Shown here: positions 23,707 through 32,742 of the stretch, piece after piece
How positions within the stretch are numbered: position 1 is the stretch's first letter
Layout: each line of letters begins with the position of its first letter
Source of the DNA: Candidatus Omnitrophota bacterium
GTDB lineage: Bacteria; Omnitrophota; Gorgyraeia; Gygaellales; Profunditerraquicolaceae
DNA: 64,000 nt
Direction of reading: 5' to 3'
Assembly: GCA_963805065.1 (NCBI GenBank)
Contig: CAWDSS010000010.1
Coordinates: forward strand, 407,059 to 471,058
Position numbers and translations under genes: made by a program
Notes under the pieces: model-generated
What the model was told of the DNA's origin: nothing
The model's database searches: none
What the model saw: only the letters and a program-made list of their open reading frames with translations

Positions 23707-23742
23707 ACCTAGGAGGCCTTAAATTGAGGAAACGCTTTATTT

Positions 23743-24636
23743 TTACTTTAAGGCCACAAACCCTTCATCTTCAACTAACTTCTGACCTTCTGTGCTTAAT
23801 ATGTAATCAATAAGCTGTTTTGCTAATCCTTTAGGCTCGCCATTGGTATACATGAATAAAGGCCTTCCCAAGAGGTATTTGTTGGTTAAAACGGTCTCTT
23901 TGGATGCCTTTACGCCGTTAACATCAACTGCCTTAACCGCATCCGTTACATAGCCCAGCCCGACATAACCAATTGCACTGGTAGTCTTGGACACCGTAGA
24001 GGCAACCGCCTGATTAGAAGCCTGCATAAGTGCATCTGCGCGCACCTTTGCCCCATCCAGGGCCAAAGTACCAAAGGCTTCAAATGTTCCACTTGAGCTA
24101 TCGCGGGATATAACCACGATTTTCTCATCCGGGCCGCCTAATTGCTTCCAATTAGAGATTGCTCCCGTATAAATATTCTTAATCTGTTTCTTGGTAAGAG
24201 CATTTATGCTATTTGACGGATGCACAATAACACAAATCCCATCCATTGCAATTACATTGGCTTTGGGGCTCCTTCCGTTTCTCACGGCTTTATCAAGCTC
24301 AGTATCCTTAATCGAACGTGACGAATCGCCGATATCGCAAGTACCATCAATTAACGAAGCAATACCCACGCCTGAACCACCACCACGAACAGATATTTCC
24401 GCACCGGGATTATTATTCATAAATACCTCGGCCGCTTTTTGAGCGATGGGTAAAACGGTAGTCGAGCCTTCAAGCACAATCTTCTCTGCGTAACAAGGAA
24501 ACGCAATGCCCAAAACCAGCGCTCCTAATGTCATTAATCTTGTGAACTTCATCTTCATCTCCTCCTTTAATGATTGAATTAGATCCTTGACATTGCAACG
24601 CAATGTCTGCGCACTCACTAAAATTTCATATTCCAA
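23743..24636 (-). CDS. pstS: phosphate-binding protein PstS (operon 2); the true start is probably the internal MKMKFTRL... at about 24558
   Basis: Signal peptide MKMKFTRLMTLGALVLGIAFPCYA preceded by AGGAGG; GSTTVLPIAQ...RGGGSGVG...GTCDIGDSSR. Confidence 0.85.
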   Translation of the reverse strand: MEYEILVSAQTLRCNVKDLIQSLKEEMKMKFTRLMTLGALVLGIAFPCYAEKIVLEGSTTVLPIAQKAAEVFMNNNPGAEISVRGGGSGVGIASLIDGTCDIGDSSRSIKDTELDKAVRNGRSPKANVIAMDGICVIVHPSNSINALTKKQIKNIYTGAISNWKQLGGPDEKIVVISRDSSSGTFEAFGTLALDGAKVRADALMQASNQAVASTVSKTTSAIGYVGLGYVTDAVKAVDVNGVKASKETVLTNKYLLGRPLFMYTNGEPKGLAKQLIDYILSTEGQKLVEDEGFVALK

Positions 24637-25937
24637 TCGACTTGCAAGGTTTGTTCCGGTATATATCCTCCGGTGCTGGCCTTATCAAGACACTCTGCCC
24701 AATAATAGTTTAGCCTTAACCAGGTATTCTTTCCCAGTCCGTAATCAAAGATAGCCTCGTAAGCCTTGGAGTTTGTCCTTCCCGCATAATACCTATCGGT
24801 ATCAGTAAGGATATCCAGCCATGCATCGCGGCCTAATTTAGAGTAAATAAGTCTTGCCTGCCATTGCTTTGCATCAGCTACAGCTTCATCGCCAAATTTT
24901 ACACCTACATCAAAAGCGCCTCTCCCTGTAGTACCACTTGGCAGAGCTGTGTTATACATGTATTCGCCGAATAGAGAGGCAAATGGCAGAAATCCATGAA
25001 AAGGCTCTTTAAAAGATAACTCTGCGGCGGGCTGAATAGTATTATAACTATATAAATACATGCCGCCAGAACCTGTGCTAGTAAATGAATTGGTCGCTAA
25101 TACATTACCGGACCCAGAAGTTGTACTGTTTTCCGAAGCAAATTTCTGTGCCCCCTCTATATGGGTGAACACGTTAGAGGTAAGTGCCGTTTTAAGTGCT
25201 GTGTTATCATTGAATTGAAGTTTTGCACCTAACTGATTTGCAAATAGTGTAGGCTCTGCATCTGTCCTAGAATCATTCTTCATTATATAAACTAAATCAT
25301 TCATGAAAAGTTCCAGTTTGGAATTTACCTTATGACTTAGTTGTAAACCTACGCCTTCCGGAGTAATATTATCATCCCAGAAAAGATTGTGCACCCTCCA
25401 AAGAGGATTCTGGATTTTACCGCCAACAAGAGTAACGCCGTTAACAGGCATGTATTGCGCGTAGGCATAGTCTAACACAACGGCTTTTGGTGAGCCGGGA
25501 GTATTGGTACTCACATCATTATTGCCTAAGGTAACATTTCTGGTACGGGGATCCGACTCCTTACCAGTAGCAATACCAACGGCCACTGTCAATTTATCAT
25601 TAACTTTTGATTCTACTCCTACCCTGGCTCGGATACGCACCCTGCTCTGGTCAACCATGCCTTTATCCTTATCCCATTGATAGCGTAATCTGAAATCTCC
25701 TTTTAACTTCGTATTCTGCACCCAAGCCGGCAACGAAGAATCTTTCCCTTCAGCAATCTCTTTTTTTATCTGCTCTTTTGTTTCTGTGCCGATCTGCTGC
25801 GCCTCACCTGCTGTTAAGACACCTTTATCAACTAGTTTCTGAAGTAAAAGGTCTATTTCACTGGCAAAGACAGAACGTGTTTCCAAACTTAGCGCAAAAA
25901 AACCAACTAATAACACTAATAACAAAAACTTCCTCAT
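24618..25937 (-). CDS. outer-membrane beta-barrel porin, plausibly phosphate-selective (OprO/OprP-like)
   Basis: 439 aa; signal peptide; abundant Tyr/Trp/Gly beta-strand pattern; C-terminal ...VDWNMKF ends in Phe; first gene of pst operon 2. Confidence 0.55.
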   Translation of the reverse strand: MRKFLLLVLLVGFFALSLETRSVFASEIDLLLQKLVDKGVLTAGEAQQIGTETKEQIKKEIAEGKDSSLPAWVQNTKLKGDFRLRYQWDKDKGMVDQSRVRIRARVGVESKVNDKLTVAVGIATGKESDPRTRNVTLGNNDVSTNTPGSPKAVVLDYAYAQYMPVNGVTLVGGKIQNPLWRVHNLFWDDNITPEGVGLQLSHKVNSKLELFMNDLVYIMKNDSRTDAEPTLFANQLGAKLQFNDNTALKTALTSNVFTHIEGAQKFASENSTTSGSGNVLATNSFTSTGSGGMYLYSYNTIQPAAELSFKEPFHGFLPFASLFGEYMYNTALPSGTTGRGAFDVGVKFGDEAVADAKQWQARLIYSKLGRDAWLDILTDTDRYYAGRTNSKAYEAIFDYGLGKNTWLRLNYYWAECLDKASTGGYIPEQTLQVDWNMKF

Positions 25938-25952
25938 TTTGATTTCCTCCTT

Positions 25953-26138
25953 TTAGTTATCAACACAGAGTTTTCTTATCTGACGTAATCCACCTTCAAT
26001 TTCTTTCAAAGACTGGTCAGCATAATCACAGTCAGCCCGCTCTTCCTCTATATTATCCAATATGCTGCGTAACCTGTTAATCTGGTTACGCAGGTGGCTC
26101 GCCACAAAATCCCTGCGTATGCTCGACATGGTGTTCAT
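25953..26138 (-). CDS. small helical hypothetical protein (61 aa)
   Basis: Start preceded by AAGGAGGTG; the gap to the upstream small ORF is 1 nt. Confidence 0.35.
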   Translation of the reverse strand: MNTMSSIRRDFVASHLRNQINRLRSILDNIEEERADCDYADQSLKEIEGGLRQIRKLCVDN

Positions 26139-26139
26139 T

Positions 26140-26277
26140 TCAATATCTCACCTCCTTTATCGGTCCTTTGGCTTCAAAAATCTGGCTGTTAAATTCATTA
26201 ACCCTTTGTGCCTCTTTATCTATGATCTTGTCAAAGAATTTTATTATTAAAGAAATTTTCTTTAAGAGTTTTCTCAT
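26140..26277 (-). CDS. small hypothetical protein (45 aa; not in the ORF track, which lists only ORFs of 60 aa or more)
   Basis: My manual translation: MRKLLKKISLIIKFFDKIIDKEAQRVNEFNSQIFEAKGPIKEVRY. ATGA start/stop overlap with the 66-aa ORF; it carries the RBS for the next ORF. Confidence 0.3.
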   Translation of the reverse strand: MRKLLKKISLIIKFFDKIIDKEAQRVNEFNSQIFEAKGPIKEVRY

Positions 26278-26474
26278 TCTATCACCCCTGCATATTCAAA
26301 AACCCTCTCCCTTATATTTATGTCATCATTTTTTACTCCGGAGGCAAATAACGGGCAAAGCTCATAAAGCTCAAAACAAAAATTCTCTCTTTCAAATGTT
26401 GACGGAACCATTAAGCCATCCAGAAAATGGTTACATATTGCATATTTACTTTTTGAGCTTAAACAAGGGCACAT
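26274..26474 (-). CDS. small Cys-containing hypothetical protein (66 aa)
   Basis: MCPCLSSKSKYAICNHF...; overlaps the 3' end of the regulator gene by 16 nt, so the start may be internal. Confidence 0.25.
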   Translation of the reverse strand: MCPCLSSKSKYAICNHFLDGLMVPSTFERENFCFELYELCPLFASGVKNDDINIRERVFEYAGVIE

Positions 26475-26917
26475 CCTTTAACCTCCTGTAGCTTTCCAGG
26501 CTTGCATTTTGAATTACGGACAGTCACAAGGAATTCTTTATAACGCATAGTAATTAATTCCGTTATGATTTCAATTAAATACGAAACGCTGAATGGCTTG
26601 GTAAGATAATAATCCGCTCCCACCAGGTTCCCGTATATTTTATCTTCAGGGTCAGCTTTAGCGGTTAACATTACTACGAACGTCTTAAAAGCAGCGGGAT
26701 TCTCCTTGATTGCCTTACAAATCCGGAATCCATCAATACCCGGCAGCATGATATCAAGGACCACAATATCAAATACTTCCTGAGTAACTTTTTCCTGCGC
26801 CGCAAGGCCGTCATAGATACTCTGGACTATAAATCCCTCTTTCTTTAGGTTATATGATATTAACTCGTTAACATCTCTATCATCTTCGATAATTAGAATT
26901 TTTCTTTCGCTATTCAT
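26459..26917 (-). CDS. single-domain response regulator (receiver), heading pst operon 2
   Basis: 152 aa; ILIIEDD...VVLDIMLPGIDGF...VVMLTAKADPEDK...GADYYLTKPF. Confidence 0.8.
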   Translation of the reverse strand: MNSERKILIIEDDRDVNELISYNLKKEGFIVQSIYDGLAAQEKVTQEVFDIVVLDIMLPGIDGFRICKAIKENPAAFKTFVVMLTAKADPEDKIYGNLVGADYYLTKPFSVSYLIEIITELITMRYKEFLVTVRNSKCKPGKLQEVKGCALV

Positions 26918-27116
26918 TGTATTAATCTTACGCTTCTAAACCATGTTAAGCGTATTGGCTATAGAAGAAATCCATACTTTGCATCTCTTCTCTAATTAAC
27001 CTTTTAAGGTAATTGATAATTTTTGTTTTTAATTTATTTAACGCCTTTTTCATATTTTGTCCAATTTTGTATTTCTGGATAAAGTATAAAATATGGGCGT
27101 TAAATGCGCTTCAAGG

Positions 27117-27140
27117 AAAAGTAAAATGTAGGTAAAGTTT
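27117..27140 (-). promoter_or_regulatory. Pho-box-like TTTAC half-sites upstream of the regulator heading pst operon 2
   Basis: Coding-strand sequence TTTACCT-acat-TTTACTT with 11-bp phasing (plus strand AGTAAAATGTAGGTAAA). Confidence 0.3.
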
Positions 27141-27166
27141 TTAAGGGTTTACGACGGGGAAAAAGG

Positions 27167-27637
27167 CTATCTTGAGATTTTTACTATCTTGTATTTAAGC
27201 AGGCCTGCGGGGACAGTAATTTCGACTATATCGTTTTCTTTGTGGTGCAGAAGACTGCTGCCCACGGGAGAATTTACAGAGATTTTGCCTTGCGCATAAT
27301 CTGCTTCCACCTCTGCCACTAACATATACTCAAACTCATCATCAGTATCTAAGTCCTTCAGCCTGACAGTTGCGCCGATTAAAACCTGATCCGACTGGAT
27401 GTCCTCATCTTCGATAATGCGCGCACCTGCCAGCTTTGTTTCTAACTCCGCGATTTTCTTCTCATTGTATCCTTGCGCATCTTTGGCTGCGTCATAATCG
27501 GCATTCTCAGAAATATCTCCATGAGCCCTGGCTGCTGCAATTGCCTTGGATATCTCTCGACGTTTTATTGTCTTTAGGTATTCCAGCTCTTCTGCTAATT
27601 TTTGATAACCTTTTTTTGTCAGGTAAATTTCACTCAT
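27167..27637 (-). CDS. greA: transcription elongation factor GreA (start at the internal MSEIYLTKKGY; the ORF-track start at 27685 overlaps phoR)
   Basis: LTKKGYQKLAEELEYLKT...ARAHGDISENADYDAAKDAQ; C-terminal FKBP-like domain. Confidence 0.85.
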   Translation of the reverse strand: MSEIYLTKKGYQKLAEELEYLKTIKRREISKAIAAARAHGDISENADYDAAKDAQGYNEKKIAELETKLAGARIIEDEDIQSDQVLIGATVRLKDLDTDDEFEYMLVAEVEADYAQGKISVNSPVGSSLLHHKENDIVEITVPAGLLKYKIVKISR

Positions 27638-27638
27638 A

Positions 27639-29414
27639 TTATATTTTAGGTAATAAAAAGTAGAACTTGGAGCCCAGGCCTTCAATGCTTTCTACCCCCA
27701 CACTTCCTCCATGTAGCTCTAAGATATGCTTTACAATGGATAAACCTAAGCCTGTTCCTCCCAGTTCTCTAGAGCGGGCTTTATCCACTCTATAAAAGCG
27801 CTCAAATACGCGCGGCAGGTCTTTTTCGGGGATTCCCACGCCTGAGTCTTCTACCACTACCTTTATTAAACCGTTTAATTCCTGGTTATAAATTTTAACA
27901 GTCCCTTTATCCTTGTTAAACTTTATGGCATTATCAATTAAATTGGTCAATACCTGTTCTGCCTTGGCTTTATCTGCCCGGATTAAAAGATTGCTACTTA
28001 AATCATTTTTAGCCTCAATAGACCTTTTCTTGAGCTGTGATTTAAAACCCGCTAAAACCTTATCTGTTAAATCTTTTAAATTGAAATCTTCCAGTTCAAG
28101 CTTTATCGTGCTTGATTCGATGTGAGATAAATCCAGCAGGTCATTGATCAGATTATTAAGCCTGTTGGCGTGGTCCTGTATAATACCCAGGAAATGCCGG
28201 CTATTTTCCTTATCTTCTAAGGCGCCCTCCAGCAAAGTTTCTACAAACCCTTTTATGGAAGTCAACGGCGTCTTTAATTCATGCGAGACGTTTGCCACAA
28301 AATCGCGGCGCATGGTTTCCAGTTTCCGGATTTGCGTTATATCATGTATCACCACTAAACAGCCGCTGATCAAATTATTTTCAAATACGGCAGAGGCATT
28401 AATGTGAAATATTCTCTGCACCGGCCAGGAAAGGCTTAATTCTTTGGATAAGGGCTTACCGCTATTTAAAACTTGCGTTATAACTTCTGAAATATCATTA
28501 TTTCTAATTGACTCCAGCAGGTTTTTACCCTCTACCTTGCCCCTGGTAACACCGAATATCTTTTCTACCGTGGGATTTATAGAAATTATGCTTGCCGATT
28601 TATCCACTACAATTACTCCTTCAATCATGCTATTCAAAATAGCTGCCAGGTGTTGATTTTTATTCTGGATTTCTATAATTTTGCCTTCCAAGTCACCAGC
28701 CATCTTGTTTAATGTACGTCCTAGTTCTCCTATCTCATCTTGAGAAATCCGCGGCATTCTTACGCTGAAATCTCCGGTTGCGAATCTGTGGGCAATAGAA
28801 ATCATTTTATTTATGGGTTTTACGGTTTGAGCAGCTAAAATAGAACCCAGGACAAAAGCAAAGCACATGGCAAAAAGCAAACCCAGGAATACGATTTTCT
28901 TGATCGAAAAAAGCGTAGTTTGTACAGTAGTCAGGGGAAGAGCTAATCTTAAGACCCCCGCAATGCCATTCTTTTCCTTTATGGGGAGAGCGACATACAA
29001 CATGTCAATATTTAGCGTATAAGAATAGCGGATGTCGCTTCCGACATCACCTGTCAGGGCAATTTTTATCTCAGGCCGGCTTAAATGGTTTTCCATTTTG
29101 GCGGTCTCTGCCGGAGATTTTTCAGAATCAGCCAACACCTCGCCTTGATTATTTATCACCGTCAGGCGACACTTGGCACTTTTGCTCAAGGCGTAAACTA
29201 ACTCTTCTAAACGGACTATGCCTTCTTTCTTCAAACTTTCAGCCGTAATCTGATTTTCTATTATATTGGCGTAAGTTATGAGAGAAGATTCGATATTGCG
29301 CAGGGATATTGCTTCTAATTTCTTATCTAAAAAGAAGGCGATGAGTCCAAAAGAAATCAAAATAACTAAAATATATGAAAAAATGAGCTTTAGTTTAAAG
29401 GTTTTTTTATACAA
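27639..29414 (-). CDS. phoR: sensor histidine kinase, PhoR-like (TM sensor, HAMP, PAS, HisKA, HATPase)
   Basis: 591 aa; HisKA VSHELKTPLTSI; HATPase NLIDNAIKF...GGTGLGLSIV; next to phoB. Confidence 0.8.
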   Translation of the reverse strand: MYKKTFKLKLIFSYILVILISFGLIAFFLDKKLEAISLRNIESSLITYANIIENQITAESLKKEGIVRLEELVYALSKSAKCRLTVINNQGEVLADSEKSPAETAKMENHLSRPEIKIALTGDVGSDIRYSYTLNIDMLYVALPIKEKNGIAGVLRLALPLTTVQTTLFSIKKIVFLGLLFAMCFAFVLGSILAAQTVKPINKMISIAHRFATGDFSVRMPRISQDEIGELGRTLNKMAGDLEGKIIEIQNKNQHLAAILNSMIEGVIVVDKSASIISINPTVEKIFGVTRGKVEGKNLLESIRNNDISEVITQVLNSGKPLSKELSLSWPVQRIFHINASAVFENNLISGCLVVIHDITQIRKLETMRRDFVANVSHELKTPLTSIKGFVETLLEGALEDKENSRHFLGIIQDHANRLNNLINDLLDLSHIESSTIKLELEDFNLKDLTDKVLAGFKSQLKKRSIEAKNDLSSNLLIRADKAKAEQVLTNLIDNAIKFNKDKGTVKIYNQELNGLIKVVVEDSGVGIPEKDLPRVFERFYRVDKARSRELGGTGLGLSIVKHILELHGGSVGVESIEGLGSKFYFLLPKI

Positions 29415-29416
29415 GC

Positions 29417-30106
29417 CTACTCCTGTTCAAACCTATACCCGTAATTTTTTACGGTTAGGATACGCTTGGCCTCAGCCTTAAGTTTCTTGCGTAAGGTCCT
29501 GATATGCACGTCCACGGTCCTGGTCTGGATTTCCATGGCATGGTCAAATCCCCAGATATTATCCAATAGGTAATCCCTGGACAACACCCTGCCATTGGCT
29601 TTAATCAGGGTTTTTAATAGCTCGAATTCTTTTGCGGTTAACTCAAGCGGCTTTCCTTTTATATTTACCGAGATTTTCGAAAAATCAATTTCCAGGCCTC
29701 CTATCCTTAAGACTTCCGGTAATTTCTCTTTTTCCTTGGTCCTGCGTAACACCGCTTTAATTCTTGCAATTAACTCCCGTGGGCTAAACGGCTTTGTAAT
29801 ATAATCATCGGCGCCTAATTCCAGGCCAACTATCTTATCGGATTCCTGCGCTTTTGCAGTAAGCATAATTACAGGAATTCCTTGAGTCTTGGATTCTTTT
29901 TTTAAAGATTTGCATACCTCTAAGCCGTCCATTCCCGGCAACATTAAATCCAGGATTATTAAATCCGGATGTTCTCTACCGGCTAAATCCAAGGCATATT
30001 CTCCGTCATGGCAAGACAACGTCCTGAAGCCTTCTTTCTTAAGATTGTAATCCAGCATCTTTACTATATCTTTCTCATCTTCTACAATTAAAATTTTTTC
30101 CTTCAT
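29417..30106 (-). CDS. phoB: OmpR/PhoB-family response regulator (the true start is MKEKILIVEDE)
   Basis: Receiver domain plus winged-helix output (LTAKEFELLKTLIKANGRVLSRDYLLDNIWG). Confidence 0.85.
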   Translation of the reverse strand: MKEKILIVEDEKDIVKMLDYNLKKEGFRTLSCHDGEYALDLAGREHPDLIILDLMLPGMDGLEVCKSLKKESKTQGIPVIMLTAKAQESDKIVGLELGADDYITKPFSPRELIARIKAVLRRTKEKEKLPEVLRIGGLEIDFSKISVNIKGKPLELTAKEFELLKTLIKANGRVLSRDYLLDNIWGFDHAMEIQTRTVDVHIRTLRKKLKAEAKRILTVKNYGYRFEQE

Positions 30107-30777
30107 TTTTGCTTTCCTCTGCAGGCGTTGACACAAACTCCGCAGATATACTGGTCTACCAAGCGCTGTTTCTGGAATTCTTTGAGTTTATCAAAACACT
30201 TAATATATTCGAAATTAGCAGGATTCTCTGCTATGGCGCCTGCCGGGCACATTTTAACACAAAGTTTACAATCCTGGCAATCTTCTTTTGTGGGTTTATC
30301 TGTTTTTAATGGCATATCAGTCAGTATAGTAGCGATGCGAAACTGGCTGCCTAATTGCCTGTTAACCAGCAAATTATTTCTGCCAATCCAGCCCAGGCCG
30401 GCCAGAAATCCTATTTTTTTGTGTGAAAGATGCCCTTTTTGCTTTTCCCAATCCACAATTTGCGAAGCAGGTATGGGTAAAGCCAGGAAACCTTTCTTTT
30501 GGATATAATTGCTTAATTTCAGGGTCAGTTGGTCTAAGAAGGCGTTAAGCGTACGATAATGAGAAAAATACAGACGGGTGGGGCTAGTTTGTATTTCTTC
30601 TAAGATAGCGGATGATAGCCTTACGCCAAAACAGATTGCTTTATCCATTTTTTTTAGGATATTCTCTGAAAGCAGGAAACTTTCTTTTATATCGCAGATA
30701 TCCGCTACGCCGAATAAATCCGCGCCCAAGCCTTGGGAAAGTTTCTTTAGGGCGAGGTAATTCTTATTCTTATCCAT
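30103..30777 (-). CDS. queG: short QueG-family 4Fe-4S protein (epoxyqueuosine reductase-like core)
   Basis: 224 aa; GFLAGLGWIGRNNLLVNRQLGSQFRIATILTDMPL followed by CQDCKLCVKMCPAGAI; shorter than canonical QueG. Confidence 0.5.
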   Translation of the reverse strand: MDKNKNYLALKKLSQGLGADLFGVADICDIKESFLLSENILKKMDKAICFGVRLSSAILEEIQTSPTRLYFSHYRTLNAFLDQLTLKLSNYIQKKGFLALPIPASQIVDWEKQKGHLSHKKIGFLAGLGWIGRNNLLVNRQLGSQFRIATILTDMPLKTDKPTKEDCQDCKLCVKMCPAGAIAENPANFEYIKCFDKLKEFQKQRLVDQYICGVCVNACRGKQK

Positions 30778-32629
30778 TAAGCTTCCTTAAATAAACCATT
30801 AGCAGTGAAATTGAGGCTGGCGTTACTCCTGAAATACGGGAAGCCTGGCCTAAATTCAAAGGTTTAAATTTGAGTAGCTTTTCTCTTATTTCGCGAGATA
30901 AACCGCTGATTCCAGTATAATTCAAATCCTGTGGCAGTAATATCTTTTCTAAATTCTTAAACCTCTCTACTTCCTTTAATTGCCTTTGTATAAACCCAGC
31001 ATATTTTATCTCTATTTCAACCTGGCGTAAAGCCGAATCAGGTATATTAATTTTCATGCTGTCCAGGCTGTTTAAGTTTTCTATATTTATTTGCGGCCTT
31101 TTTAAGATTTCTTCCAGTGTCACAGCTTTCTTTATGGCGGATGTTCCCAATGCAGTTAACCTGTTATTTATTGCCTCGGTCGGTTTTATGCGGGTAGATT
31201 TCAATAAATTAATGCCCTCACTTATAGCTTCTGATTTATCTTGAGTCATTTTGTAATCTTTTTTGGAAACAAGCCCCAGTCCAAAACCTGTCTTTCTTAA
31301 GCGCAGGTCTGCATTATCTTCACGGATAACCAGGCGGTATTCTACGCGTGAGGTAAACATCCTATAAGGCTCGAGGGTTCCTTTTGTAGTAAGGTCATCG
31401 ATTAATACTCCGATATAGCTGGAGGCACGGTCTAAAATTAACGGCTCTTTCTTCTTGGTTCTTAATCCGGCATTAATTCCCGCGATTAGGCCTTGAGCTG
31501 CTGCCTCTTCATAACCGGTAGTTCCGTTAATTTGTCCTGCCAAATATAAATTCTGGATTAATTTTGTCTCAAGCGAAGGGTAAAGCTGTGTAGGCTCTAC
31601 CACAGTGTGCTCAATGCCGTAGCCAAAGCGTATTACCTTAACTTTTTCCAAACCCTCTATGGACTGGAGTATTTTTAATTGCACGTCTTCAGGCAGGCTT
31701 GTAGATAAACCGTTGGGGTAAATCTCATTGGTATCCAGCCCTTGCGGCTCCAAAAATACCTGGTGCCTGTCTTTGTCAGAAAATTTCACGATTTTGTCCT
31801 CTATCGACGGACAATACCTCACCCCGGTTGCTCTTATTATCCCTGTATAAAGCGGAGAACTGCCTAAATTATCTTTGATGATTTTATGCGTGTTTTTATT
31901 AGTATAGGTTATGTGGCAGGGGATTTGTTGCCGGGTTAATTTTGTGGTAGAAAATGAAAACGGCTTAGGCGGCTGGTCTCCTTTTTGCACAATAAGTTTG
32001 GAAAAATCTATGGAATTCTTATCCAGGCGCGGGCAAGTACCGGTTTTAAACCGCAGGAGGTTAAAACCGCTATTATTTAAACTTTGAGCCAAGCCCAGGG
32101 AAGCTTTTTCATTAATTCTGCCGCCGCTAAAATGTTTCAGGCCCACATGGATAAGGCCGTCCAAGAAAGTACCTGTGCAAATAACCACGCAAGTGGAATT
32201 TATCCGCTCATTATTTTCAGTGATTACCCCCAAAATTAAACTATCTTTTATTATCAACTTTTTGACTTCTGCTTGTTTTAGGCAAAGATTCTCTGTGGTT
32301 GTAACCAGTTTTTTCATATGCCGGTTATATTCATACATATCTATTTGTGCCCGGGAAGATTGCACTGCCGCGCCTTTAGAGGCATTAAGTATCCTGAATT
32401 GAATTCCGCAAGAATCAGCGGCAATCCCCATTACACCACCCAGCGCATCAATTTCCTTTACCAACTGGCCCTTGCCTACTCCGCCGATAGCCGGATTACA
32501 ACTCATTAAGCCGACAGTTTCAGCGTCTAAGGTGAGCATAAGGGTTTTACAACCCAAGCGCGCACTCCCCAGCGCTGCCTCAATGCCCGCATGCCCAGCA
32601 CCGATAATTATAACGTCGTAATTAGTCAT
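30770..32629 (-). CDS. mnmG: tRNA uridine-5-carboxymethylaminomethyl modification enzyme MnmG (GidA)
   Basis: 619 aa; FAD-binding N-terminus YDVIIIGAGHAGIEAALGSARLGCKTLMLT. Confidence 0.9.
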   Translation of the reverse strand: MTNYDVIIIGAGHAGIEAALGSARLGCKTLMLTLDAETVGLMSCNPAIGGVGKGQLVKEIDALGGVMGIAADSCGIQFRILNASKGAAVQSSRAQIDMYEYNRHMKKLVTTTENLCLKQAEVKKLIIKDSLILGVITENNERINSTCVVICTGTFLDGLIHVGLKHFSGGRINEKASLGLAQSLNNSGFNLLRFKTGTCPRLDKNSIDFSKLIVQKGDQPPKPFSFSTTKLTRQQIPCHITYTNKNTHKIIKDNLGSSPLYTGIIRATGVRYCPSIEDKIVKFSDKDRHQVFLEPQGLDTNEIYPNGLSTSLPEDVQLKILQSIEGLEKVKVIRFGYGIEHTVVEPTQLYPSLETKLIQNLYLAGQINGTTGYEEAAAQGLIAGINAGLRTKKKEPLILDRASSYIGVLIDDLTTKGTLEPYRMFTSRVEYRLVIREDNADLRLRKTGFGLGLVSKKDYKMTQDKSEAISEGINLLKSTRIKPTEAINNRLTALGTSAIKKAVTLEEILKRPQINIENLNSLDSMKINIPDSALRQVEIEIKYAGFIQRQLKEVERFKNLEKILLPQDLNYTGISGLSREIREKLLKFKPLNLGQASRISGVTPASISLLMVYLRKLNG

Positions 32630-32635
32630 TTTAAT

Positions 32636-32742
32636 TTAAAAGTTAAAAGCCAAAAGTAAAAAGAACAAGTAAAAAGTCAAAACTTTTAAATTTTAACTTA
32701 AACTTTTACCTTTTTGCTTTTACCTTTTGACTTTCTATTATA
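32636..32742. repeat. AT-rich heptamer-periodic tract (AAAAGTN units, then their complement), forming a long imperfect dyad
   Basis: aaaagttaaaagccaaaagtaaaaagaacaagtaaaaagtcaaaac...ctttttgcttttaccttttgactttc. Confidence 0.5.

Noticed and set aside
32636-32742. The AT-rich TTTTAC-periodic tract upstream of mnmG-queG-phoBR as a PhoB autoregulatory Pho box
   Set aside because: It resembles the TTTAC half-sites, but the same kind of tract occurs in both orientations at 14345-92 and 45737-924, next to unrelated genes, so it is more likely part of the general heptamer-repeat phenomenon. Kept only as a possibility.
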